DNA of 64,000 nt from an uncultured Bacillales bacterium (lineage in GTDB: Bacteria; Bacillota_I; Bacilli_A; RFN20; CAG-826), in contig CALELS010000013.1 of assembly GCA_937902735.1 (NCBI GenBank), positions 204,321-268,320 on the forward strand, in the 5' to 3' direction. This document shows positions 10,095-18,918 of the stretch, piece by piece. Positions within the stretch are counted from its first letter, which is position 1. Every line of letters begins with the position of its first letter. The position numbers and the translations under genes were made by a program. The notes beneath the pieces are model-generated. The model saw only the letters and a program-made list of their open reading frames with translations. It ran no database searches and was not told where the DNA came from.

Positions 10095-10607
10095 CTAAAG
10101 AATTTGTTTCTTGTTTTTGTTTTGGTAGGTTGTGAATGTTATTTTATAACCATTATCAATTACTGGTTCACTTTCATAAACACATTCGAAGTCTACATTT
10201 TCATCTAAATTATTAAAGAATACTTCGGCTTCTCCATCAGCATTTATTTTGGTCAATAGAACCTTATCTACATATGGAAGAGTTTGATTATAAATTGATG
10301 CTCCTCCAATTATATATACATCTTGGGTTTTTGAGGCCTTATCAATCATGCGAAGAAATTCGTTGAAATCATGAACATTTTCGCAACCTTCATAATTATG
10401 ATTTTCATCTTTACTTAATACGATATTTGTTCGGTTCTTAAGTGGCTTTGAATTAGGAAAAGATAACAAAGTGTTTTCTCCCATTGCAACAATATGACCA
10501 GATGTAGTTTTTCTGAAGAAAGCCATATCTAACGGAAGCGAAAATAGTAAGCCATTTTTCTTACCTATTCCATATTTTTTATCTGCACTTAATATTGAAA
10601 TAATCAT
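10095..10607 (-). CDS. folA: Dihydrofolate reductase
   Basis: 170 aa, with ISILSADKKYGIGKKNGLLFSLPLDMAFFRKTT...VAMGENT and IIGGASIY. It abuts thyA with no gap. Confidence 0.85.
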   Translation of the reverse strand: MIISILSADKKYGIGKKNGLLFSLPLDMAFFRKTTSGHIVAMGENTLLSFPNSKPLKNRTNIVLSKDENHNYEGCENVHDFNEFLRMIDKASKTQDVYIIGGASIYNQTLPYVDKVLLTKINADGEAEVFFNNLDENVDFECVYESEPVIDNGYKITFTTYQNKNKKQIL

Positions 10608-11438
10608 TTAGATTGCCACCGGTATTTTCTTATCTAATTTTTCGTATTCGTAATCAACTAATTTGAAACTATCAACAGTGAAGTCATAGAAGTTCTTAAT
10701 TGTTGTGTCAACAATCAATTTAGGAGCTTTGTGCTGTGGTTTTTGAATAACTTCTTTAACTAAATCGACGTGTCTATCATATATATGAGCATCAGCAATA
10801 ACGTGTACTAATTCACCAGCTTTAAGTCCACTAACCTGAGCAAACATAATGAGTAACAAACTATATTGAAGAACATTCCAGTTATTGGCGGTTAACATGT
10901 CGTTACTTCTTTGATGAAGAATTCCATTTAAGGTGTCACCACTGACATTGAAAGTCATTGAGTATGCACAAGGATATAGATTCATTTCGTGAAGATCTTC
11001 AAAATTGTAAATATTTGTCATGATACGACGAGATTGAGGATTATGTTTAAGGTCATATAAAACACGATCAACTTGATCGAATTCACCTTCTTTGTAGATA
11101 CTTTTTTTTGCTAATTGATAACCATAAGCTTTACCAATTGAGCCAGTTTCGTCTGCCCAAGAATCCCAAATATGCGAATTCAAATCATGAATGTTGTTTG
11201 ATTTCTTTTGCCAAATCCATAGAAGTTCATCTAAACATGATTTAAAAGCTGTTTTTCTAATTGTTAAGATCGGTAATTCTTCTTGAAGATTGTATCTATT
11301 AACAATACAGAATTTCTTAATCGTGTGGGCTGGAGTTCCATCTTCCCAATGAGGACGAACTTCTAAATTTTCATCAGAAAAACCATTCTCAAGAATGTCT
11401 TTCATATTCTGTACAAAAATCTCATCTGCACGTGACAT
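10608..11438 (-). CDS. thyA: Thymidylate synthase (ThyA type)
   Basis: RPHWEDGTPAHTIK, ELLWIWQ, the active-site region LYPCAYSMTF, and QRSNDM. Confidence 0.9.
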   Translation of the reverse strand: MSRADEIFVQNMKDILENGFSDENLEVRPHWEDGTPAHTIKKFCIVNRYNLQEELPILTIRKTAFKSCLDELLWIWQKKSNNIHDLNSHIWDSWADETGSIGKAYGYQLAKKSIYKEGEFDQVDRVLYDLKHNPQSRRIMTNIYNFEDLHEMNLYPCAYSMTFNVSGDTLNGILHQRSNDMLTANNWNVLQYSLLLIMFAQVSGLKAGELVHVIADAHIYDRHVDLVKEVIQKPQHKAPKLIVDTTIKNFYDFTVDSFKLVDYEYEKLDKKIPVAI

Positions 11439-11508
11439 AATCTATCTCCTAATATTTATCTCTTTATATTATATATAAATAATTCTTCTTTACTAGTAAT
11501 TTTTAAAG

Positions 11509-11531
11509 AAAAAACTCGGTTACCCGAGTTC
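11509..11531 (-). terminator. Rho-independent terminator after the phosphopantetheinyl transferase gene
   Basis: AACTCGG / CCGAGTT stem (11514-11520 and 11525-11531) with a 4-nt loop, followed by a U-run on the minus strand. Confidence 0.6.
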
Positions 11532-11547
11532 TTAAACTTTTGTTGAT

Positions 11548-12159
11548 TTATTTCTTAAATTCAATTCTTTCGTTTATAAGCGACGCAATAGAGAAACCGT
11601 CTTTTCCCTTGAGAGTTACAGAGAAAATATAATCACCAAATTCAGTAGAGACTGAATAATAATCTTCGTCCAAATATGTTTTGTAACCACATAGTGGTAA
11701 TGCAGGAATAGAGCTCGCAGCTCTATCGATTCCTCTACCACTTGCTTTTACAAGGGATTCTTTAGCAGTCCATATTTCAAAGAATGTTTTACCGTCTTTT
11801 ACATATTCAGCTTCTTTTGGAGAACATGCATATGACACTAAACCATGTTTTGGTTCTCTGATTTGTTCAATATCTAAACCAACTTCACGATTTTCAGAAA
11901 CCGCTAAAGCAATCAATCCTTTCGAATGTGATACATTGAAAAAGAAAGTATCAGAAACTGGTTTACCATAATCATTTAAACGATAATTTTGGACATATTT
12001 TCTTTTTAAATAGAAGGAAACAGCTTTTTCCTTCATAGCTTTGACATTACGATATTTAGCTAATTCTTCAAAATCTTCTTTAGTAAGATATTTGAGTTTT
12101 TTAACATCTTGTTCAGTCAAATAAGAGCAATCGCAGATATAAATTAGTACTTCATTCAT
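11548..12159 (-). CDS. 4'-phosphopantetheinyl transferase, Sfp type
   Basis: Motifs YGKPV, FNVSHS, GLDIEQI and WTAKESLVKASG. Confidence 0.8.
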   Translation of the reverse strand: MNEVLIYICDCSYLTEQDVKKLKYLTKEDFEELAKYRNVKAMKEKAVSFYLKRKYVQNYRLNDYGKPVSDTFFFNVSHSKGLIALAVSENREVGLDIEQIREPKHGLVSYACSPKEAEYVKDGKTFFEIWTAKESLVKASGRGIDRAASSIPALPLCGYKTYLDEDYYSVSTEFGDYIFSVTLKGKDGFSIASLINERIEFKK

Positions 12160-12261
12160 ATCACTAGTATAAATTAATTTATTATTTTAAGCACGATATA
12201 ATCAATTTATCTTATTTAATTAATGAAAATTTCTTTTTAAAGAATAGAATATTAGACATAT

Positions 12262-13749
12262 ATGAAGAAAACTCCTTTTGACAAAAAGAAATATTTAACT
12301 ATTCAAAGAGAAAATATTTTAAAACGTATCGAAAGATTTGGTGACAAGTTATACCTTGAATTTGGAGGCAAACTTTTCGATGATTATCACGCTTCAAGAG
12401 TACTTCCAGGTTTTTCAAAAGATTCTAAATTAGAAATGCTTTTAGGTATTAAAGAAAAAGCTGAAGTAATCATCGTTGTAAACGCACAAGACATAAATTC
12501 GAATAAGACAAGGGGAGATAACGGCATTTCATATCAAGAGGAAACGCTTAGATTAATTGATACTTTCAAAAGTGTTGGTTTATTAGTCTCAAGCGTTGTT
12601 ATTTCATTTTATGAACCATTACCAAATGTCTTGGAATTTGAACACAAATTAAAGAATAATAATGTTACTACATATCGTTCATATAAAATCAATGGATATC
12701 CTCACAATATTCCATTAATTGTTTCTGAAGATGGCCTTGGTAAAAATGATTATATCAAAACAACTAAACCACTTGTGGTTGTTACTGCTCCAGGTCCAGG
12801 AAGTGGAAAGATGGCAGCATGCCTTTCTCAATTATATTTTGATAATAAAAATGGAATCAGAGCAGGATATGCTAAATATGAGACATTCCCTGTTTGGAAT
12901 TTAGCACTTAATCATCCTGTCAATTTAGCATATGAAGCCGCTACAGTTGACCTTAATGATGTAAATATGATTGATCCATATCATCTTGAAACTTATGGTA
13001 TTCAAACGACCAATTACAATCGAGATGTGGAGGTATTTCCATTATTAAAAGCCATATTTGAAAAGATATATGGCTCTTCTCCATACAACTCTCCAACTGA
13101 TATGGGGGTTAATATGGTTGGACTTGCATTTAATGATGAAGAAGCAATTATCGAAGCATCTAAAAAGGAAATTTTAAGAAGATATTACGAGACCAAAGTA
13201 AAAATTTTCTTAGGAAAACTTCCTGATGAAGCTTTAGGCAAAATGGATTTATTGATGAACAAGGCAAATGTTCGACCTGAAGATAGAAAAGTTGTTAAAG
13301 CAGCTTTAGATGAAGAAGACAAGAAGAAAGAACCATCCTTAGCAATTGAACTACATAATGGAAAAATTATTTTAGGTCACAGAAGTGAATTGTTAGGAGC
13401 TTCCGCCGCATTGTTATTAAACGCTCTAAAGACTTTGGCTAAGATTGATAAAAGTATACATCTTCTTTCACCTGGTGTTATAACGCCGATGCAAGAACTA
13501 AAAGTTAAATCTCTTCATAAATCTTTTGCCCGCCTAAGAGCAGAAGAAGTTCTTTTGGCCCTTTCGCTTCAAGCAAGTACAAACCCACTTGCAGAGCTTG
13601 CCTTAAAACAACTTCCAAAACTTGAAGGATGTGAGGTTCATTCCACAACAATCCTATCAGAAGTCGACCGAAATACTTTAAAAGCTCTTGGTCTTAACGT
13701 AACTGAAGAAGCTACAAATTACAAAAAACAACTCTATTTTAAAGGATAA
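12262..13749 (+). CDS. UPF0371 / DUF1846 family protein
   Basis: Family-typical blocks are present: YLEFGGKLFDDYHASRVLPGF, VVVTAPGPGSGKMAACLSQLY, YAKYETFPVWNL and AYEAATVDLNDVNMIDPYH. Confidence 0.8.
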   Translation: MKKTPFDKKKYLTIQRENILKRIERFGDKLYLEFGGKLFDDYHASRVLPGFSKDSKLEMLLGIKEKAEVIIVVNAQDINSNKTRGDNGISYQEETLRLIDTFKSVGLLVSSVVISFYEPLPNVLEFEHKLKNNNVTTYRSYKINGYPHNIPLIVSEDGLGKNDYIKTTKPLVVVTAPGPGSGKMAACLSQLYFDNKNGIRAGYAKYETFPVWNLALNHPVNLAYEAATVDLNDVNMIDPYHLETYGIQTTNYNRDVEVFPLLKAIFEKIYGSSPYNSPTDMGVNMVGLAFNDEEAIIEASKKEILRRYYETKVKIFLGKLPDEALGKMDLLMNKANVRPEDRKVVKAALDEEDKKKEPSLAIELHNGKIILGHRSELLGASAALLLNALKTLAKIDKSIHLLSPGVITPMQELKVKSLHKSFARLRAEEVLLALSLQASTNPLAELALKQLPKLEGCEVHSTTILSEVDRNTLKALGLNVTEEATNYKKQLYFKG

Positions 13750-13753
13750 TAAG

Positions 13754-13776
13754 AAGCGACATTGTCGCTTTTTTAT
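13754..13776 (+). terminator. Rho-independent terminator
   Basis: AGCGAC / GTCGCT stem with a 3-nt loop, followed by TTTTTT. Confidence 0.6.
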
Positions 13777-13812
13777 TTATTCTTATGTGCATGATATGAT
13801 AGACTTAAACAT

Positions 13813-15003
13813 ATGAAATTTATTGATACAAAAACAAACAAATTCTTTGAAGTATCGGATAGATACACCAAGATTTCTAAAAATGAAGATCTTGCCAAAT
13901 ATCTTTTAAAACCAATTGCAGAAGTAAAAAATACTTCTTGGAATTTTGAAATATTTGCAACAACAAAATCTATATTAGATGTTGCTCAAGTTAAGATTAA
14001 CATCAAAAATGTTGGTGCTATTTTTGTTTCATTTAACAAAGAAACATTTACTGTTGAGACAAAGAATTCTCTATTTGAAAAATTATTAACACTTAAAGAT
14101 ATTGATACAACCAAATCTCTTGCCGAATTAAAACGCAAAACATCTGCTGTATTTAATTTCCTAGAAGAATATCATCCTTATTTCGCTGTTGTTGATTTTA
14201 CTCAAAACAATAATGATGTGGAACTAATGATGATTAATTTGGAACAACATTCCTTCCCTATCATTTTAATAAGACAAGATTATCCAATGATCGATTTGGT
14301 GATTGGAGGTGTAGAAGAGCCTGCTCCTGAAAAGAAAAATATCTTTAAATCTCTGTTCCAAAATAAAAAGAAGGAAGAATCTTTAAAAGAAGAACCACTT
14401 CCAGTTATTGAAGAACCTGTTCATAAAGAAGAGGAACCTATCCCATTTAAAGAAGAGGAACCGAAAGAAGAAATTCATAGCTTTGAAGAACCAAAATATG
14501 AAGAACCAACATTTGAAAAACCTAAATCTAAATTTGATTTTAAAGGTGAGGCATTAGGTTCTTTAAAGAACATTGTTAAATATAAAGTTGATTATATTTT
14601 AAATGCTCTATATTCCTTATTAATTGGGGTTACTATGTTCTTAACAGTAACCTATTTCCAAATTAACAATACTGGTATTGGTGCGTTATTTATTGCCTTT
14701 ACATTAGCATCAATCGGCTTAAGTGTTTATAACATTGTAGTTGCAAGAAAAGACCAAGAAAAAGTTGGTGTATTTGATTATGTTTACTTCGTAATCATAT
14801 CAATTATTGGCGCACTATTAGGTATCTTAGTTGGTTGGCTAATCGCAACAGCATTCGTTGCTAAAGGCGAAACAACAGTTGAATTTGGCAAGGTATTCTT
14901 AATCGGTGGTTTGTTAACCCCTGTTGGAATTGCTGCTGCTGAAGGAATTGCAACATTAACAATCTTCCTTATTAAAGTAATCAAAAAGAAAAAGAACAAA
15001 TAA
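13813..15003 (+). CDS. Hypothetical membrane protein (soluble N-domain, Glu/Pro/Lys-rich linker, C-terminal TM bundle)
   Basis: Long ORF with an N-terminal region of about 165 aa, low-complexity EEP/KEE stretches, and about 4 hydrophobic helices. I recognise no family. Confidence 0.6.
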   Translation: MKFIDTKTNKFFEVSDRYTKISKNEDLAKYLLKPIAEVKNTSWNFEIFATTKSILDVAQVKINIKNVGAIFVSFNKETFTVETKNSLFEKLLTLKDIDTTKSLAELKRKTSAVFNFLEEYHPYFAVVDFTQNNNDVELMMINLEQHSFPIILIRQDYPMIDLVIGGVEEPAPEKKNIFKSLFQNKKKEESLKEEPLPVIEEPVHKEEEPIPFKEEEPKEEIHSFEEPKYEEPTFEKPKSKFDFKGEALGSLKNIVKYKVDYILNALYSLLIGVTMFLTVTYFQINNTGIGALFIAFTLASIGLSVYNIVVARKDQEKVGVFDYVYFVIISIIGALLGILVGWLIATAFVAKGETTVEFGKVFLIGGLLTPVGIAAAEGIATLTIFLIKVIKKKKNK

Positions 15004-15011
15004 GAAAGTAT

Positions 15012-15043
15012 AAAAAAGCGACTGTTTTAAACAGTCACTTTTC
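15012..15043. terminator. Bidirectional terminator between convergent genes
   Basis: GACTGTT / AACAGTC stem flanked by an A-run upstream and a T-run downstream. Confidence 0.55.
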
Positions 15044-15056
15044 ATTTAAATCCTAA

Positions 15057-16046
15057 TTAACGACGATCGTAATCATCTTCAAGATCATCAAGTCTTTCGG
15101 CTTGGTAATCATCAGCAGGACGTCTGTTTTTGTTATATTCATCTAAGGACGAGAAATCGAAGTGTTCTTCCTTCTTTTCTTCCTCAGAAGGTTGTTCTTC
15201 TCTAGCCTCTTCAACAGGGGTTTCTTCAACATGTTCTTCCTCTACTGGAGTCTCTTCAACAGGGACTTCTTCAACATGTTCTTCAGCATTTGCTTCCTCT
15301 TTTACTTCTTCGACTTTTTCTTCTTTTTTAGGTTTTTCTTTCTTGGCTGGTTTTTCTTTTTTTGGCTTTTCAACAAACCATTTGTCGGTTACTTTTGTAC
15401 CAAAAGCAACAACAATCCAGATTAATCCAAGAACATAGAAGCCAGATAATACATAGTAAATAATGAATGCTACTTCTAAGAATACTGGTTCTACCGCTAA
15501 ACCAAGAATAACAAATACAAGGTTTAAGAGTCCAACAACAAGAGGTGCACCAAAGATGATGACAAGGATTAAACCTTTAACAAATGCAGCATGGTTCTTT
15601 TCTTCTGCTTCATGACATCTTTCAACGCCTTTTAGCATTAAATCAAATTTAACACCGCAGAGAGTGGCTAAATACAAAAGTACATGAGCAGCAAGTGAAG
15701 CCAAATAATTGAAAATGAATAATAAAACTTCGCAAACTTTGAATAAAACAATGACTGGGAAGCCAATAATATAAACGAATGCTTGAGTTACATCATTAAC
15801 AATTTTTGCTTCGTTTCTAACAAATTTTAATAATGCTTCAATTGGGTAATCGATTAACGAAACAAAATAAGAGACTACACAATATAATCCAGCATACACT
15901 AAGCCACCAAGCCATAATGGAAGTAGGAAGATTCCGATAATAATGGCAAGAGGAAGTGGCAAAGCTTTATATTTTCTAAAAGAAAAAGCTTCGCATACTA
16001 AATCTTTCATAGGTTTAAATATATCCATAAATATACCTTCTTTCAT
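15057..16046 (-). CDS. Hypothetical polytopic membrane protein with Lys/Glu-rich and acidic C-terminal tail
   Basis: About 7 hydrophobic helices, then KKEKPAKKEKPKKEEKVEE and repeated VEE(V/T)PVEE units. The start could be 16046 or the ATG at 16028, which has GAAGG 7 nt upstream. Confidence 0.6.
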   Translation of the reverse strand: MKEGIFMDIFKPMKDLVCEAFSFRKYKALPLPLAIIIGIFLLPLWLGGLVYAGLYCVVSYFVSLIDYPIEALLKFVRNEAKIVNDVTQAFVYIIGFPVIVLFKVCEVLLFIFNYLASLAAHVLLYLATLCGVKFDLMLKGVERCHEAEEKNHAAFVKGLILVIIFGAPLVVGLLNLVFVILGLAVEPVFLEVAFIIYYVLSGFYVLGLIWIVVAFGTKVTDKWFVEKPKKEKPAKKEKPKKEEKVEEVKEEANAEEHVEEVPVEETPVEEEHVEETPVEEAREEQPSEEEKKEEHFDFSSLDEYNKNRRPADDYQAERLDDLEDDYDRR

Positions 16047-16125
16047 TACAATTTTATAATAAATTAAATCTTCACACTAGATTTAAATTAAGAAAATTAT
16101 TTTCATGTATATATTGGATAATAAA

Positions 16126-16151
16126 TAAAAAAGTTATGACATAGTCATAAC
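16126..16151 (-). terminator. Rho-independent terminator after the small membrane-protein genes
   Basis: GTTATGAC / GTCATAAC stem (16133-16140 and 16144-16151) followed by a U-run on the minus strand. Confidence 0.55.
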
Positions 16152-16171
16152 CATTCAGATTATTTTATTAA

Positions 16172-16381
16172 TCATTGTTCTTTATCTATCAACAATAAGA
16201 TTCCAGAAACAACATTATTGAAGATTAAAGTGCAGATTTTAAATCCTAAAGTGAGTTCTAAACCTTCTTTATCGGCTTTATAAATCTTAACTGTCATTGG
16301 AATCATCCAAGCAAGAGGGATAACTGAAATGCCATACATAATTGTTGCAATAAGACTAAAAATAAATGCTACTTTTTTCAT
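16172..16381 (-). CDS. Small two-TM membrane protein (one copy of the PLAWMIPMT module)
   Basis: 69 aa, with the motif IPLAWMIPMTVKIYKADKE between two hydrophobic helices. It is a paralogue of both halves of the upstream gene. Confidence 0.6.
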   Translation of the reverse strand: MKKVAFIFSLIATIMYGISVIPLAWMIPMTVKIYKADKEGLELTLGFKICTLIFNNVVSGILLLIDKEQ

Positions 16382-16392
16382 GTGTTTAAAGT

Positions 16393-16908
16393 TTAAATAA
16401 CATCATCCTTATTTTCAATAAGATAAGTTGGGCCAACTTCTATTTCTGGTTCGATTTTTTCTGTAAATAATAAGACCCCTTTTAAATAACCAAGAGTCAT
16501 TGGTAATGGACCAAAGAAGATAATTGTAACAATTTTAAACGCAATACCTGGGTTATATTCAGCGTTAGAAGCTCGATAATATCGAACAGTCATTGGTATC
16601 ATCCATGCGAGAGGGAATAATAAAATTCCAAATAAAATGGTTTCTGAAAGAGCAATGTAATAGATCCATTTTCTTCTTGTATAAACATTTTCACTATAAA
16701 GAAGAAGAATACTAATTACAGGATTAATCATGAAAATAGTTGCACAAGCAATAAATCTTGGAGTGATTCTTTTTTCTTTTTTATATGCTCTATAAATTGT
16801 TAGGGTCATTGGAATCATCCAGAAAAGAGTAATAGGAAAAGCGCCCAAAATTACAGTAGTAACCACCGCTACGGCAAAGGCTATTAATTTCAAATTTTTG
16901 CGCTTCAT
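16393..16908 (-). CDS. Membrane protein made of two tandem PLAWMIPMT modules
   Basis: FPITLFWMIPMTLTIYRAYKK and FPLAWMIPMTVRYYRASN each lie between hydrophobic helices. Confidence 0.6.
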   Translation of the reverse strand: MKRKNLKLIAFAVAVVTTVILGAFPITLFWMIPMTLTIYRAYKKEKRITPRFIACATIFMINPVISILLLYSENVYTRRKWIYYIALSETILFGILLFPLAWMIPMTVRYYRASNAEYNPGIAFKIVTIIFFGPLPMTLGYLKGVLLFTEKIEPEIEVGPTYLIENKDDVI

Positions 16909-17006
16909 GTTTTCCTCGATAATATTATTGCACTTATTTAAATAAGAAAAAACCTCCTAGGTGAGGATTTAAGTCCTAAAAGGTTTTATAAGCTTTATTA
17001 ATAAGA

Positions 17007-17231
17007 TTAGATTGCGAATGATCTAACGTTGAAGGAATTAGCATTGTTTAAGACATAATGAATATTGTGCTTATTATCAAGTGCATATTCTTCAACGAGC
17101 TCTGAGTTATAAATGTAATGATCTTCAAGATAATCAAACATATAGTTAATAGCTTCAGTTCTTGACTTAAAAGTATGTTTGAAATCAACAAATTCATTAT
17201 CAATAACAGCATCGAGTGTGTATCTTCTCAT
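17007..17231 (-). CDS. Small hypothetical protein (74 aa)
   Basis: The start is moved to the ATG at 17231 (MRRYTLDAVIDNEF...), which has AAAGGA 9 nt upstream. The track start at 17318 lies inside the probable promoter and leader. Confidence 0.45.
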   Translation of the reverse strand: MRRYTLDAVIDNEFVDFKHTFKSRTEAINYMFDYLEDHYIYNSELVEEYALDNKHNIHYVLNNANSFNVRSFAI

Positions 17232-17385
17232 ACGTTGCCATCCTTTCTGGCAAAGCGACCTTTCGTTTTGCCGCCTATATGCTAGAACTAACGCAATAAC
17301 TTGCAAGTATGAAAACACTTACATTATAAATGTAACCGCTTTTCAAATTACTACTTATCTATAGATAAAAATTCCTAAAAATAAT

Positions 17386-18063
17386 TTATAAAATTTCGTG
17401 AAAATTATGAATATATGCGTCTACATAATCCATACTAGGATCATAATTTGACATATCTTCCACCATTATTGTGAAACACCCTGCACTATGTGAAGACATT
17501 AATCCGTTTGGAGAATCTTCAAAAACAATTATTTCTTCAGGATTTTTATTTACATATTTTGAAGCAAATAAGAACACATCAGGAAATGGTTTACCTCTTT
17601 TAACATCTTTAGCGGAAATAATTCCATCTAATAAATATAAAAATCCAACTTCTTTAATAATTCTTTCTGCTTTCTCAACCGTATTAGCAGTTACAATAAA
17701 AATCTTTTTACCTTCTTTTTTTAATTTCTTTAACAAAGAATAGGCATCTTCTTTCATTCTTATCGGATGATCTTTTAAGTATTCATCCATAAGTTCAATT
17801 CTTTTTTCTTTTACTTTGTAATAATCAAGTAAGCCATTAGAAACTATATTTAAGAAATCAATAGCACTTTGTTTATCTCTGGAACGCATCAATAGAGCTT
17901 CTTCATGGCTTAGTTCATAACCATAATATTTAGAAGCTTCTTTCCAAAATCTATAATATAGTGGTTCAGTATCAATAAGAGTCCCATCAAGATCAAAAAA
18001 CAAGACTTCTGCCGTGTTAATTTTGTTTTTAATTAACGAAATATCGTTTTTCATCATCAACAT
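17386..18063 (-). CDS. HAD-superfamily hydrolase (beta-phosphoglucomutase-like subfamily)
   Basis: FFDLDGTLIDTE (motif I), VTANT (motif II region), and GKPFPD...FEDSPNG (motifs III/IV). The real start may be one of the ATGs at 18057 or 18054. Confidence 0.8.
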   Translation of the reverse strand: MLMMKNDISLIKNKINTAEVLFFDLDGTLIDTEPLYYRFWKEASKYYGYELSHEEALLMRSRDKQSAIDFLNIVSNGLLDYYKVKEKRIELMDEYLKDHPIRMKEDAYSLLKKLKKEGKKIFIVTANTVEKAERIIKEVGFLYLLDGIISAKDVKRGKPFPDVFLFASKYVNKNPEEIIVFEDSPNGLMSSHSAGCFTIMVEDMSNYDPSMDYVDAYIHNFHEIL

Positions 18064-18067
18064 TATA

Positions 18068-18101
18068 AGAAAAAACCACCGCTTTTTCTATAACGGTGGT
18101 T
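18068..18101 (-). terminator. Rho-independent terminator
   Basis: AACCACCG / CGGTGGTT stem (18074-18081 and 18094-18101) followed by a U-run on the minus strand. Confidence 0.6.
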
Positions 18102-18122
18102 ATCATGATAATTCTTTTGTAA

Positions 18123-18764
18123 TTAGAAGATTTTTGTAGCTTTTCTTAAAAATAATAAATAAGTAACGTAAATAACAATTTCAACAACTGCAGCACCAAT
18201 TGAGAGAATACCAAATAAGATAACAAATGCTTCAGCTGTGAAGAAACTACTTACTAATCCAAGAATTGCTGTTAATAAATATAATCCGAGAATAATCCAG
18301 ATCATAATTGTGCCTTTAGCAGCAACATCATCTCTTCCGATAGCAACCGCTAAAGAAGAAATACCGCTAATGACATAAATAATTACAAAGGCATTAATAA
18401 CTTTTGATAAGGTTTCAAGAGCACCAGAAATCCAAGCGAAATCTCTAACTCCTGGAATGGCTTTACAAAGTTCGGCTCCAATTGAGAAAACTATAGCAAA
18501 GATAACTGCCCAGAAAGCAACACGGAAATGTCCACTATCACGACCTCCTTGTCCTAAACCAAACATGTGGAGAAGGAATGCTAATACAAGGAGTAATAAA
18601 GCAACAATTGCAAATGATGCAAGAACAATTGCTCCCGGTAATGAATCTCTGACTGGAGGAATTGCTGTAACAATTGTTGCAACAAATCCTATAACAGCTG
18701 CAACGATTGTGAGAATCTCTGCTAAGAATAATTTTTTAATACCTTTACGAGCGTTTGGAAACAT
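18123..18764 (-). CDS. Hypothetical polytopic membrane protein
   Basis: 213 aa, about 6 hydrophobic helices, no recognised motif. Confidence 0.6.
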   Translation of the reverse strand: MFPNARKGIKKLFLAEILTIVAAVIGFVATIVTAIPPVRDSLPGAIVLASFAIVALLLLVLAFLLHMFGLGQGGRDSGHFRVAFWAVIFAIVFSIGAELCKAIPGVRDFAWISGALETLSKVINAFVIIYVISGISSLAVAIGRDDVAAKGTIMIWIILGLYLLTAILGLVSSFFTAEAFVILFGILSIGAAVVEIVIYVTYLLFLRKATKIF

Positions 18765-18918
18765 AAATACTATCTCCTTTCGAAAAGTATTTTATTACAT
18801 AAAAATTATTTTGCTAGTAAAAATTAATGTAAATGTTTTCAATAACTATTCATTTCATCACAATTCGCCACCATTTATATTTCTTTCAATAAAAAGAGAT
18901 AGATTTTATAATAAAATT

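Noticed and set aside
11101-11109. T8/A8 homopolymer inside thyA as a phase-variation tract
   Set aside because: It encodes a Lys-Lys stretch in an essential, intact gene. Such runs are expected by chance in DNA this AT-rich.
15130-15438. Ser-rich and Phe-rich plus-strand ORFs (102 and 87 aa)
   Set aside because: They are mirror images of the GAA/GAG-rich acidic tail of the minus-strand gene, and so are a codon-repeat artefact.
17240-17300. preQ1-I riboswitch-like string GUUCUAGC in the leader of the 74-aa ORF
   Set aside because: Only the 8-nt loop string matches. There is no P1 helix flanking it, no A-rich tail with the pseudoknot complement, and the downstream gene is unrelated to queuosine metabolism.
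18457-18918. 5' extension of the 18457-19455 ORF (332 aa)
   Set aside because: The first 154 codons are the antisense of the 18123-18764 membrane gene plus intergenic DNA. The real gene starts at the ATG at 18919.
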